A stretch of DNA of 39,893 bases, from the IMG/VR virus record IMGVR_UViG_2061766007_003888. One strand, 5' to 3'. Of this stretch, positions 18,922 through 28,216 are shown in pieces; within the stretch, counting starts at the first letter, position 1; each line of letters begins with the position of its first letter. A program made the translations under genes and the position numbers. This DNA is from an uncultured virus (IMG/VR IMGVR_UViG_2061766007_003888) (lineage: Duplodnaviria > Heunggongvirae > Uroviricota > Caudoviricetes). The notes under the pieces are model-generated. The model did no database searches, was not told the DNA's origin, and worked only from the letters and a program-made list of their open reading frames with translations.

Positions 18922-21141
18922 TTAAACGTTATACGTCGTACTTGCTCCCACTGAATTCCACCGAACCATATCTCGGATCGTCGACAACCTTGTACAGGTA
19001 ATCGGCTCCGCCGTTCTTGTAATCCTTCGGATCGACCGTATATGTACCTTCCTCGTTATACTGTGAATAATACGCATCATACGGTTCGTCATACTGGTCA
19101 TGCAACACCTTCGTGCCGAACGTGACAGTCGAATCATCGAGCTTGCCATATCCGGAAAGATAGTCATATTTACGCATAGTCATCCATTCATTCGTATATA
19201 TTGTACTAAATACTTCTGGATTATATCCGCTTTCCTTGTTATTTGGATCTAAATATAATGGTTTATATCCAATGATATCTCCTTTCTTCACCGGTTTATC
19301 ATTAATTATACAATTAGCTGAAGCATAAATTGGTCTATCATGTATAATTAATGAACCCGATGCTGACCTGCTTGATGGAATCCATTGTGTAATAACCGCT
19401 GTTAATAATCTCGCATCCTTGTCGTACGTGGTCAACTGGTCCGTCTGGACGTAGTTATACAGTGTCGTATAGGCCGAAGTGGCGCTGTCGTACGTAGTCA
19501 CCGGATTACCGTCGAGAACATACGCGTTACCGACCTTGGTCTGGTAAATCTTGCTGAAGTCATGCTGCTCGTCTAGTGAGCCATTCGCGTTACCGAACGT
19601 CACGCCATGATAGATATAGTCGCCGCGGTTGAGCGTAAGGTATGTATTGATCTTCTCGATTATCTGCGCGTCCTTTATCGGCTTGTACAGTACGGCCTCT
19701 ATCTTAAAACTGAACGAAACCTTAATCTGTCTCCATTCCTCTTCTCCCATGGAATCGGACTGAATATCCATAGTCGTATTGTTCAATATCATCTTGATAC
19801 TGCGACGCTTATTGAAGAACCAGAATTCTTTCAGGTTCATGAAACAGGCCGGATTGAACCTGCTCGCNNNNNNNNNNCTCATACTCGCGCGTAGTCATCC
19901 ATTCGTTCGTATAGGTAGTCGAATAGACCGCAGAATTATACGCGGTCACGGTTTCACCCGGATGCGCAGAATCAGGTACGTTGATAATTTCTGGCAAATA
20001 ACCCTCTACCTTGCCGTCTGGCCCGATAATCGGGCGTTTATGAAATATCAACGGCCCTTCCGCCGACCTGCTCGACGGGATCCACTGCGTCACTACCTTC
20101 TTCAGCAGCTTCGCATCCTTGTCGTACGTAGTCAGCTGGTCCGTCTGGACATAGTTATACAGTGTCGTATAGGCCGAAGTGGCGCTGTCATACGTAGTCA
20201 CTGGATTACCGTCGAGAACATACGCGTTACCGACCTTAGTCTGGTAAATCTTGCTGAAGTCATGCTGCTCGTCTAGTGAGCCGTTCGCGTTACCGAACGT
20301 CACGCCATGATAGATATAGTCGCCGCGGTTAAGCGTAAGGTACGTATTGATCTTCTCGATTATCTGCGCGTCCTTTATCGGCTTGTACAGTACGGCCTCT
20401 ATCTTGAAACTAAACGAAACCTTAATCTGTCTCCATTCCTCTTCTCCCATGGAATCAGACTGAATATCCATAGTCGTATTGTTCAATATTATCTTGATAC
20501 TGCGCCGTTTATTGAAGAACCAGAATTCTTTCAGATTCATGAAACAGGCCGGATTGAACCTACTCGCGATCTGTTCCAATATCTGTGTGGCGTCGGCAAT
20601 TTTCTCGCAGTTCGCTTCCATCGATATGTTGATATTGTACGGCGTCGGCTGGACATCAGACCAGAATTTCGTCTGCATGTCGCATACGAGTCCCGCGTCG
20701 TCCAGGTCGGACTGGTAAAACGCCCTCTGCTCATATATACCCTTCGCGCGTTCCGTATCGAACTCGAGTGAATCTATCCTGTATGTCAGGTTAGGCATCG
20801 ATATGTAATATTTCTTCCCNNNNNNNNNNTGACTGGTAAAACGCCCTCTGCTCGTATATACCCTTCGCGCGTTCCGTATCGAACTCGAGCGAATCTATCC
20901 TGTATGTCAGGTTAGGCATCGATATGTAATATTTCTTCCCCGTTTCCTGCTCAGTACGGAAATCATGAGACTTGTTCCTGGGACCGAATTTCAACGGNNN
21001 NNNNNNNNNNNNNNNNNNNNNNNNNNNNNNATCCGCGAAAAAGTAGTTTTTGGGATAACCGAAATTCGGCGCGCCGTCGATTGTCCCCTTCCAATATCCG
21101 TTAAGGCTCGGATCGTAACCTGATTGCGTATAATTTGCCAT
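18922..21141 (-). CDS. gp15: Tail terminator/sheath-completion protein (T4 gp15-like) with a C-terminal extension; present as overlapping allelic fragments
   Basis: PLKFGPR.K, MPNLTYRIDSLEFD..R, PTPYNINISM, ATQILEQIASRFNP; ATG at 21141; stop at 18922; hairpin at 18901-18922. Confidence 0.8.
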
Positions 21142-21145
21142 ACAA

Positions 21146-21157
21146 TATTTATAAATA
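21146..21157. promoter_or_regulatory. Palindromic bidirectional late promoter TATTTATAAATA
   Basis: Perfect 12-bp palindrome containing TATAAATA on both strands, between divergent genes. Confidence 0.65.
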
Positions 21158-21181
21158 ATATAAAAATATAAGGAGTTTACT

Positions 21182-21655
21182 ATGGAATTTAATAACGACG
21201 AATATGTCGATGTCAATCTCGAAGGCACGTCCAAAACGGGCTTCGACTGGTATACCGAATACCAGGACCTCGGCGGTTCCAAGAGCATGTTCGAAATCTG
21301 GAAAGAATACGCCGCGCCCGAAGACATGAAGGACGTTACTGACGAAGAATACGGCGCAGAATTTTTCGGCGGTACCTCATATTCCGTCCTTGTCGACGAT
21401 ATTCTAGGCACGCCTGAAGAACTTGTCAAAAAGGAAGAACAACCAAGCTTCACCGAAGACGAATATATCGATCCGGAAACCAACCTCGAAACCGGTTACG
21501 ACGAAGACTTTACGGGTGTCGACGAATCCTGCTGCGGTGGGAAAAAGAAAGCCAAGAAGAAATCCAAGTTCGTTCCATTCTGGGCGAAGAAAAAGTCCAA
21601 GGAAGTCGACGAAGCTGTGGAGCTCCTGAGAAACGCAGGCTACCTAGTTGAATAA
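21182..21655 (+). CDS. Hypothetical acidic protein with a basic C-terminal patch (157 aa)
   Basis: AAGGAG RBS, late promoter, downstream terminator. Confidence 0.8.
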   Translation: MEFNNDEYVDVNLEGTSKTGFDWYTEYQDLGGSKSMFEIWKEYAAPEDMKDVTDEEYGAEFFGGTSYSVLVDDILGTPEELVKKEEQPSFTEDEYIDPETNLETGYDEDFTGVDESCCGGKKKAKKKSKFVPFWAKKKSKEVDEAVELLRNAGYLVE

Positions 21656-21806
21656 AATAAAAATATAAAAAATATAAAACCCGGTTAAATACCGGGTTTN
21701 NNNNNNNNNGTTCTGGGCAAAGAAAAAATCCAAGGAAGTCGACGAAGCGGTGGAACTCCTGAGAAACGCAGGCTACCTAGTCGAATAAAATAAAAATATA
21801 AAAAAT

Positions 21807-21838
21807 ATAAAACCCGGTTAAATACCGGGTTTTATTTT
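21807..21838. terminator. Bidirectional terminator (duplicated at about 21676-21699 by assembly)
   Basis: AAAACCCGGT-taaat-ACCGGGTTTT. Confidence 0.7.
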
Positions 21839-22206
21839 ACGTCATAGAAATCCGTATCTGAATCGTATTGGGGTTCGTTCCTGTTCGGGTATTCCTTGAA
21901 GGTTTCCAATGGCGGAAGCATCCTGTTCAGCTGTTCAGCAATCATATTCATTTGCTGCAGATTATAGAGCCGGACGATTTCCTTACCGCATTTCAGCAAG
22001 TCCCCGGGACCGAGAAGCACACATGTCTTCGTATCGTTGTATTCCTCTTCAGCGAGCGGATTGCCGAACGGTACGAGTTCCTCCTTCAGCAGGCAACGGA
22101 ACCTGAGATACCCTCCGTATATATCCGCATGGCATACGCCGACGGATACCGGCTCGCAATATTCGCCGGGACATCCGGGAATATGTTTACGGTATTCTAT
22201 CCTCAT
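21832..22206 (-). CDS. Hypothetical protein (124 aa)
   Basis: ATGA overlap with the upstream small ORF; ends at the terminator. Confidence 0.6.
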   Translation of the reverse strand: MRIEYRKHIPGCPGEYCEPVSVGVCHADIYGGYLRFRCLLKEELVPFGNPLAEEEYNDTKTCVLLGPGDLLKCGKEIVRLYNLQQMNMIAEQLNRMLPPLETFKEYPNRNEPQYDSDTDFYDVK

Positions 22207-22370
22207 TTCTCGACGTACGGTTCTACGTGCTTACTCAAGTAATCCTGGAACTCGGAACCGTTGAACTTCGGGTTATACGAATTGTATTTCTTCGTAATCT
22301 CGTACCCGTAATTTTTCAGGAGATCCAGCGCAGTCTTGACATTCTCTTCACTTAATTCTTTAACTTCCAT
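22203..22370 (-). CDS. Small hypothetical protein (55 aa), not in the ORF track
   Basis: MEVKELSEENVKTALDLLKNYGYEITKKYNSYNPKFNGSEFQDYLSKHVEPYVEK*; fills the space between flanking genes with an ATGA overlap. Confidence 0.7.
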   Translation of the reverse strand: MEVKELSEENVKTALDLLKNYGYEITKKYNSYNPKFNGSEFQDYLSKHVEPYVEK

Positions 22371-22379
22371 ATATTTACC

Positions 22380-22805
22380 CTATGCAAATTTGGACAGAAG
22401 ACCGTATTCCTTCTCGAGCTGCTGCACGGTGTCCGTCATCAGATTATTCAACGCGATTTTCGAATTGAACGTATTGGCCATTGTCTCAACACTGTCGATA
22501 AACGCGCGGAGCTTCCTCAGCATATTCTCCTGATTATAGATTTCGTCAGAAAACTTGTAGGACTTCTCATCGATCTTGAATTCCGTACCGGTAGCAAGCG
22601 TGATTTCAACAAGCTCGTCGGCAAAATTACGGATAATCTCGTATACTGTTTGGAGATGCGTATGGGTAAATCCCTTTTCGCACTGCCAGTGGAAAATATT
22701 GATCTTGTTAGAGAATGTCAGTGCGTCGACTGCGAACGTATAGAGCGTCTGGTATTCGGCTTCCTTCGAGTCCGCATAATACGTGGTAAATGTTTCCTTT
22801 TCCAT
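22380..22805 (-). CDS. Ferritin/Dps-like four-helix protein
   Basis: IFHWQ..GFTHTHL..YE....ADELVE pattern of Dps-like ferroxidase sites; 141 aa; AAGGA RBS. Confidence 0.72.
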   Translation of the reverse strand: MEKETFTTYYADSKEAEYQTLYTFAVDALTFSNKINIFHWQCEKGFTHTHLQTVYEIIRNFADELVEITLATGTEFKIDEKSYKFSDEIYNQENMLRKLRAFIDSVETMANTFNSKIALNNLMTDTVQQLEKEYGLLSKFA

Positions 22806-22825
22806 ATCTTATTCCTTTTCTTTAT

Positions 22826-24685
22826 TTATTTTTTAATTTTCAACTTTCCCGCGAGATACTCGTCCATGGCCTGCCGTTGCGCCTGCTCATATACGCGCTG
22901 GGCGTCGCCCTTCTTCGCGTCGTAATTTTCCATGGATATGGCCAGTACTCGGTCATTGAATTCCTTGCTGCGGTAGACTTCGGCGGTATTGTCGATTACT
23001 GTAATCTTCGCACCTTCTTGTTTCCTGTTTGTCGTCCCGGCATGCTCGATGTCATTCAAATTATTTTTTTCCGGTTCTATATCCAGGTCTTCGAGACCTG
23101 CCATTTCCGGTCGTTCAAGCTCGCCGAGGACATTCACCGTAGATTGCTCACGACGAACATCCCTGCCCAACTGTTCGGCATTCGATGTACGTTCCCTGTA
23201 TGTCTCCTCGCCTACAGTATTTTGCTTGTTCAACGAGACCGTCTCGGACATCATGTCGTTCATGGCATCGTTCTTTAACGCGGCTTCCTTGCCCCGATTC
23301 TCGGTAAACACGTTATCCGAATGTTCCGCCATTATCTTGTAACCGGTACGGCGTTCCCGTGTATTCGTATCGAGTGTCTCGTAGTCCTGCATGTCCTTAC
23401 CGAACTTCTCCACCTGGTCAACGACCGTAGAATGGATGTCCACCATATCCGCTATTTCGGATTCAAGCTTCTCAATTTTTTCCTTATGTACCTGTTCGTT
23501 CTTCAACAGTGTATTGTTCTTCGCCTTCTTTATCTCGAACGCATTCTCAGCAATATCCTGTTCTCTCCACGCGTCATTCGCCGTTTTCTGCAGCTCGGCG
23601 ATTTCAGCCTCCTTGGCCTTTATCTTCCGGTCGAGTTCTTCCTGACGTTCTGTTTCGCGGCGATTTGCGTAATCCAGCTCACCCGCCGCTGTACTGAGAT
23701 GTGCATTTCCTGCGATGTCAAACATTCCCATATGGCCTGCCTGTGCATTGCTCAATTCTGCCTGTTTCGAAATTACGGTATCGCTGATCATAGCGCGCTG
23801 GCGGCGGAGCTCGTTGAGCTCTTCCTTCGCCGTATCTACCTTGGCCTGCGCGGAATCTGCCCTGTTCTGCGCCTCCTGCAGGTTCTTCTGCTCGGCATCG
23901 GCACCCGTAGGCTTCTTGACCTTTGTAGCCTTGAGCGTCTCGAGCTGGTCCATCTTTTCCTTGTATTCATCCTGCATCGCCTGTTCGCGACGACGGGCCA
24001 TCTTCTCGTTTTCCTGTGGTGTCGAGACCCCACGGTCACCGACCTTACGCGCCTCCATCATGGCATTATACATGGCCTCGCGATCTATCGGCTGGGACTG
24101 TTCGGTCATGACATCAGTCTCTTCCTCCTCGTAGACCTTATTGCTCTCCCGCGGAGGCAAATCTACCGTATACGACCTGTAGGAAAACTTCAGGTTCCAT
24201 TTCGTCAAGTCGGCTGTCGTATAATCAAGCTCATATTTCGAATAATCGGTAAGCTTCAATTCGTAAAAACCGTATTCGAGAACCGGATCATTAAAATCCG
24301 TATTCCTGTATATCGTAACCTTCAGTTCGAATATATAGTCGTCGAGCCTATACGCGAAATGCTCCTGGTCAAACAGCTTGTTCAGGAATATATTGACAAG
24401 GTTCTGAATATACAGCGGGTTATTCTCCTTATCCGTATCATATCTTTCCAGCAACTCTATCGACAGGTCTTCCAGCCCAGTATAATCCGGAATTATAAAT
24501 TTCTTGCTGTTATTACCGTAATCATACGTTTCTTCCTTGTACTTATATGTCGGCAAGGATACGTTCGTACATTCCGGCAAATCGATATAATCGTCGTCCG
24601 GATTTATTTTTATCCTGACCCTGTAACTATCAGACAGCTTAACTGTCTTGCTAGTCTGCCATTCCATTATACGACATAAACCCAT
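22826..24685 (-). CDS. Tail-tube-fold (gp19/gp54-like) N-terminal domain fused to a long coiled coil (619 aa)
   Basis: CTNVSLP..Y.YG..K and ELDY....TKWNLKFSY in the first ~175 aa; then E/K/A/Q-rich heptads. Confidence 0.6.
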   Translation of the reverse strand: MGLCRIMEWQTSKTVKLSDSYRVRIKINPDDDYIDLPECTNVSLPTYKYKEETYDYGNNSKKFIIPDYTGLEDLSIELLERYDTDKENNPLYIQNLVNIFLNKLFDQEHFAYRLDDYIFELKVTIYRNTDFNDPVLEYGFYELKLTDYSKYELDYTTADLTKWNLKFSYRSYTVDLPPRESNKVYEEEETDVMTEQSQPIDREAMYNAMMEARKVGDRGVSTPQENEKMARRREQAMQDEYKEKMDQLETLKATKVKKPTGADAEQKNLQEAQNRADSAQAKVDTAKEELNELRRQRAMISDTVISKQAELSNAQAGHMGMFDIAGNAHLSTAAGELDYANRRETERQEELDRKIKAKEAEIAELQKTANDAWREQDIAENAFEIKKAKNNTLLKNEQVHKEKIEKLESEIADMVDIHSTVVDQVEKFGKDMQDYETLDTNTRERRTGYKIMAEHSDNVFTENRGKEAALKNDAMNDMMSETVSLNKQNTVGEETYRERTSNAEQLGRDVRREQSTVNVLGELERPEMAGLEDLDIEPEKNNLNDIEHAGTTNRKQEGAKITVIDNTAEVYRSKEFNDRVLAISMENYDAKKGDAQRVYEQAQRQAMDEYLAGKLKIKK

Positions 24686-24713
24686 ACATTATTTATATAT
24701 TATAAATATCTAT

Positions 24714-25556
24714 ATGGATTTGAATAGCCTAAATACATTATTGCCGAAATTCTGGACATCGAAAAAATGCGGGAAACACGAAGGGCTCGCCGTACAGCAC
24801 GGCATGCTCCTCCTGAAAAACCTAATGGTCAGTCCGGAACTGTTATTCGAACAACTCGAAAAAAACACGTTCACTTTCAAGAATTTCGGGAAAATCCAAT
24901 GGTCAGAATTCCTCGAAAAGGCGAACCTGTCCGATTTCCTGAAGACAAACTATGTCAAGGACGCGCTGAACGTAACGACCGCCAGACCGGCAATCGGCAA
25001 AGGGGAATTCTTGTTCGCCAGCTGTTTCGCCAACCTCGGCTTCACCGACGGTAAGGGCGACATTGTAGACATGAGGAATAACGCAAGGGTCGAATTCAAA
25101 GGCATACGTTCTACTCTTTCCGGCGACGGTCGTGAATACAAGCAGATGAACAAATCGTTGATGTATTCCGTGTTTTCCCTATTCAATACGAGTACGCAGT
25201 ATGACCATTTCAACCGTGACTGTGGCAAGGATCTTGATGACCTGCTGGCGCAAAACCCAGAAAAGACCGGCGGCGTGCTCAAGCTGTTGCAAAACATAAA
25301 CAACACAAACGACGGCATCGCCCGTAATTTTGCGAAACTCTATGCGCTGAAACCAAACATTTTCGATGTCGTAGGCGCTATGCAGCTGTACATATACATG
25401 ACTATGCAGAAAGCTTCGTTCCTGCTTATGACGAACGACCAGTATTTCTGCTGTTTCGAATATCCGAAAACACCGATGGACGCATATAACGTAATAAGCT
25501 CGATCAAGCTTTCCAGCTGGGATGCCGGAAATCGCGCTATGACTGTAGGTATATAA
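24714..25556 (+). CDS. Hypothetical protein, possible PD-(D/E)XK nuclease fold (280 aa)
   Basis: IGKGEF...GKGDIVD......VEFKG; probable start MDLNSL 5 nt after TATAAATA. Confidence 0.55.
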   Translation: MDLNSLNTLLPKFWTSKKCGKHEGLAVQHGMLLLKNLMVSPELLFEQLEKNTFTFKNFGKIQWSEFLEKANLSDFLKTNYVKDALNVTTARPAIGKGEFLFASCFANLGFTDGKGDIVDMRNNARVEFKGIRSTLSGDGREYKQMNKSLMYSVFSLFNTSTQYDHFNRDCGKDLDDLLAQNPEKTGGVLKLLQNINNTNDGIARNFAKLYALKPNIFDVVGAMQLYIYMTMQKASFLLMTNDQYFCCFEYPKTPMDAYNVISSIKLSSWDAGNRAMTVGI

Positions 25557-27007
25557 TGGCAGAAGAAAATGTCTTACTGGATTCCGGCTCAGCGTTAGAA
25601 TCGAGCAATATCAACACACAGACGTGTGATATTGTCGCTATATACGGTAGCAAGGATCCGAATAAAGGCTATAATATACCGCCTGACAAGATTGAACGCC
25701 TCACTATACACGAGAGCTTCTTCTCGCTGCTGCCGTCGATGACATTGCGTCTCAACGACGTGGGTACGATTTTTCACGACGTTAACTTCCAGATAGGCAA
25801 TACCCTGTATGTCAGCCTCCTCCCGAAATCGTCGGATGAAGACGTCATCCTCAAGCCTATCCTTCAGGCGACATTCGTCATACAGGCAATCAACTACAGT
25901 TTCGACCAGGACCGAAACGATTTCATATATAATTTCCATTGCATATATAGCGCAGAAAAATATCTGAACGATATCTGTATCTGGCCAATGTCTGACACGA
26001 TTGCCGGTTATACTCCCAGCCTTGACAAGGCGTATACCAGTGCGGAAACCCTGTCCAGTATACTCGCAAACGCCGGATTAAAGCCAATCGTCGAACTCAA
26101 GACTGACCCAGACGACAATATGTCGTGGCTGAACGCGAATCTTACATATGCGGAATTCGCGAAAAAGATCATAAGCCACGCATGGATTTCCGATGATGAC
26201 ATGCCCCTGCTCTTTGTCGACCACGACGGCGTCGCACACTATACGTCGATAAATAATCTCTGTGATGAACAGCAGATTTCCGGCTATTACATTCATCAGA
26301 CAAAGTATCAGAAAAAGTACGACGACAAGAACCAGACCAACCATACGAACAAGAAACCGGAGGCATACAAGGTATACCTTGACGTTTCAATGTCGAACTA
26401 CGGCTATATACAGAATAATGGCGGCTATAACGTCAAAAAATATATCTACAATCCGTACAATATTAAAGAGCTGTCATTGACTGAATTTAAACCTGTACCG
26501 TTCGACCTGTCAAATCCGACCGCATTGACTACCAACGATAACTGTTTCCGTTCCCGCGACTTTATCGATTCCGGCATTAACGGTAAATTGCGCCTTGCCA
26601 ATGTTTCCAACCGTTCGGTAACGCAGGGCGATACCGTAAGATACAACTCCGTAAGTGTACACTTCAAGCAGACGCACCAGTATTATGACTATGCGCCGCT
26701 ACACCATGACAGCATAAAGCACGCTTTCTTCCAGCAGTTCGCATTCATGGCGATAAGCGTAACGGACCAACCTGGATATGCGCAGGACCCGGAACAACAG
26801 CTCAGGCTCGGCAATAAAATAAATATCGATATGTCGTCGATAAACCATGATTCGTCAGTGCAGACGAACAACTTTATCGTTACCGGTCTTACGCACGATA
26901 TCAGTTTCGGTTCAAAATATACGATAATGGCTACCTGCGTATCCGACGGTATCGGCGGCACAAGTCAAATCAAGAAGGAATCAAAGGATTCGCAGAAATC
27001 AAAATAA
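25556..27007 (+). CDS. Probable baseplate hub protein (gp27-like)
   Basis: 483 aa directly upstream of the spike gene; LTIHESFFSLLPSMTLRLND and LRLGNKINI..FIVTGLTH hub-like patterns. Confidence 0.6.
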   Translation: MAEENVLLDSGSALESSNINTQTCDIVAIYGSKDPNKGYNIPPDKIERLTIHESFFSLLPSMTLRLNDVGTIFHDVNFQIGNTLYVSLLPKSSDEDVILKPILQATFVIQAINYSFDQDRNDFIYNFHCIYSAEKYLNDICIWPMSDTIAGYTPSLDKAYTSAETLSSILANAGLKPIVELKTDPDDNMSWLNANLTYAEFAKKIISHAWISDDDMPLLFVDHDGVAHYTSINNLCDEQQISGYYIHQTKYQKKYDDKNQTNHTNKKPEAYKVYLDVSMSNYGYIQNNGGYNVKKYIYNPYNIKELSLTEFKPVPFDLSNPTALTTNDNCFRSRDFIDSGINGKLRLANVSNRSVTQGDTVRYNSVSVHFKQTHQYYDYAPLHHDSIKHAFFQQFAFMAISVTDQPGYAQDPEQQLRLGNKINIDMSSINHDSSVQTNNFIVTGLTHDISFGSKYTIMATCVSDGIGGTSQIKKESKDSQKSK

Positions 27008-27019
27008 TAACGGTTTATT

Positions 27020-27796
27020 ATGAATAACTTAAATACGAACAGACTACTCGACGACGCCATGTCGAACCTGAAATCAGGTCTCGAACAGTCGATTATAAGT
27101 AACGACGATTTCAACCCGGATTTCATGGATGACCGCTGGACAGGCAAGGTTATTGACAATAACGACCCGGATAAGCTCGGCCGCGTAAAGGTTCTTATAT
27201 TCGGTTATTATGACGAACTCGCGGAAAATGCCTTACCGTGGGCGATACCCGACCTCAGCTATGTCGGCGGTACCAATGGCAATTTCGTTATTCCAGAAAT
27301 CGGTACGATCCTGAGAGGATATTTCGACCAGGACGACATCCAGAAACCGATATTTGATTCTGTCGCGTTCTCTCAAGCGACCGCACAGGATACGACGAAA
27401 AACCCGCTAATCAACAAGCTAGAAGACTACCCGAACAAGATGGTCCTCATGGAAACCGACCAGGGCGAATATCTGACGCTCAACAAGAAAACCGGCGAGA
27501 CCGAATTCAAGCACAGGAGCGGTATGTCGTTCACTATTGATGCCAACGGTTCCATCACGGTCTATACAGGAGAAAACTATTCGGAACGCGGCCGCCTTAC
27601 GATAAATACCGAGGGCAACGCCGATATAAATGTCGGCGGCGACGCCAACGTCAAGGCGAAAATGAATGTCAATATCGACGCGGACGGCGAGGTCAATCTC
27701 GGTAAGAATCCGATGAAACAACTGTGTAACAACATTCCCGTATGCATGTTTACCGGCATCAGGCACAATATCGGGAATACCAACACGAAATGTTAA
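27020..27796 (+). CDS. gp5: Baseplate central spike (gp5/gpV-like OB fold plus beta-helix)
   Basis: WTGKVIDNNDPDKLGRVKV..G, LPWAIP, FVIPEIG; C-terminal beta-strand repeats and C..TG..H tip. Confidence 0.85.
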   Translation: MNNLNTNRLLDDAMSNLKSGLEQSIISNDDFNPDFMDDRWTGKVIDNNDPDKLGRVKVLIFGYYDELAENALPWAIPDLSYVGGTNGNFVIPEIGTILRGYFDQDDIQKPIFDSVAFSQATAQDTTKNPLINKLEDYPNKMVLMETDQGEYLTLNKKTGETEFKHRSGMSFTIDANGSITVYTGENYSERGRLTINTEGNADINVGGDANVKAKMNVNIDADGEVNLGKNPMKQLCNNIPVCMFTGIRHNIGNTNTKC

Positions 27797-27811
27797 GTCA
27801 TAAATAATTAT

Positions 27812-28216
27812 ATGTTAAGTCTAAGCGCAAATCCGGATTTCAAAGTATTAGATAACGCACAGGTCGTCAACCCATATTATGACTGGGACGCGATGGGCGT
27901 AGATACCGAAGTACTCGGCAAGACCGCCTTGGACCAGATGATTGAAAATGTGCTCCTGACCGAACCGTTCGAACGACTGTTCAACCTCGCGTACGGTTCG
28001 CCGATTTACCTGCTGCTATTCGAGAACTTCAGCAATGTCGATTCGCTCATGCCGCAGGTATTCGAAATAATAGAACACTGGGTACCCATAAAGATTCACC
28101 AGTCACAGGCAGAGATAACCAAAGACGAAGACCATAACGCCTTGCTGTTCAGAATACCATATACGTCGAATAACGGGCTGATCAGCGGCATATTCGCGCG
28201 CAGGATTCGTAAATAA
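27812..28216 (+). CDS. gp25: Baseplate wedge subunit (gp25-like)
   Basis: QMIENVLLTEPFERLFNLAYGSPIYLLLFEN..IEHWVP; 134 aa. Confidence 0.85.
   Translation: MLSLSANPDFKVLDNAQVVNPYYDWDAMGVDTEVLGKTALDQMIENVLLTEPFERLFNLAYGSPIYLLLFENFSNVDSLMPQVFEIIEHWVPIKIHQSQAEITKDEDHNALLFRIPYTSNNGLISGIFARRIRK

Noticed and set aside
21710..21830. Repeat of the 21182 ORF end and its terminator; similar cases at 20831-20938, 32799-32849 and 34922-35053
   Set aside because: Same gap-flanked allelic duplication pattern.
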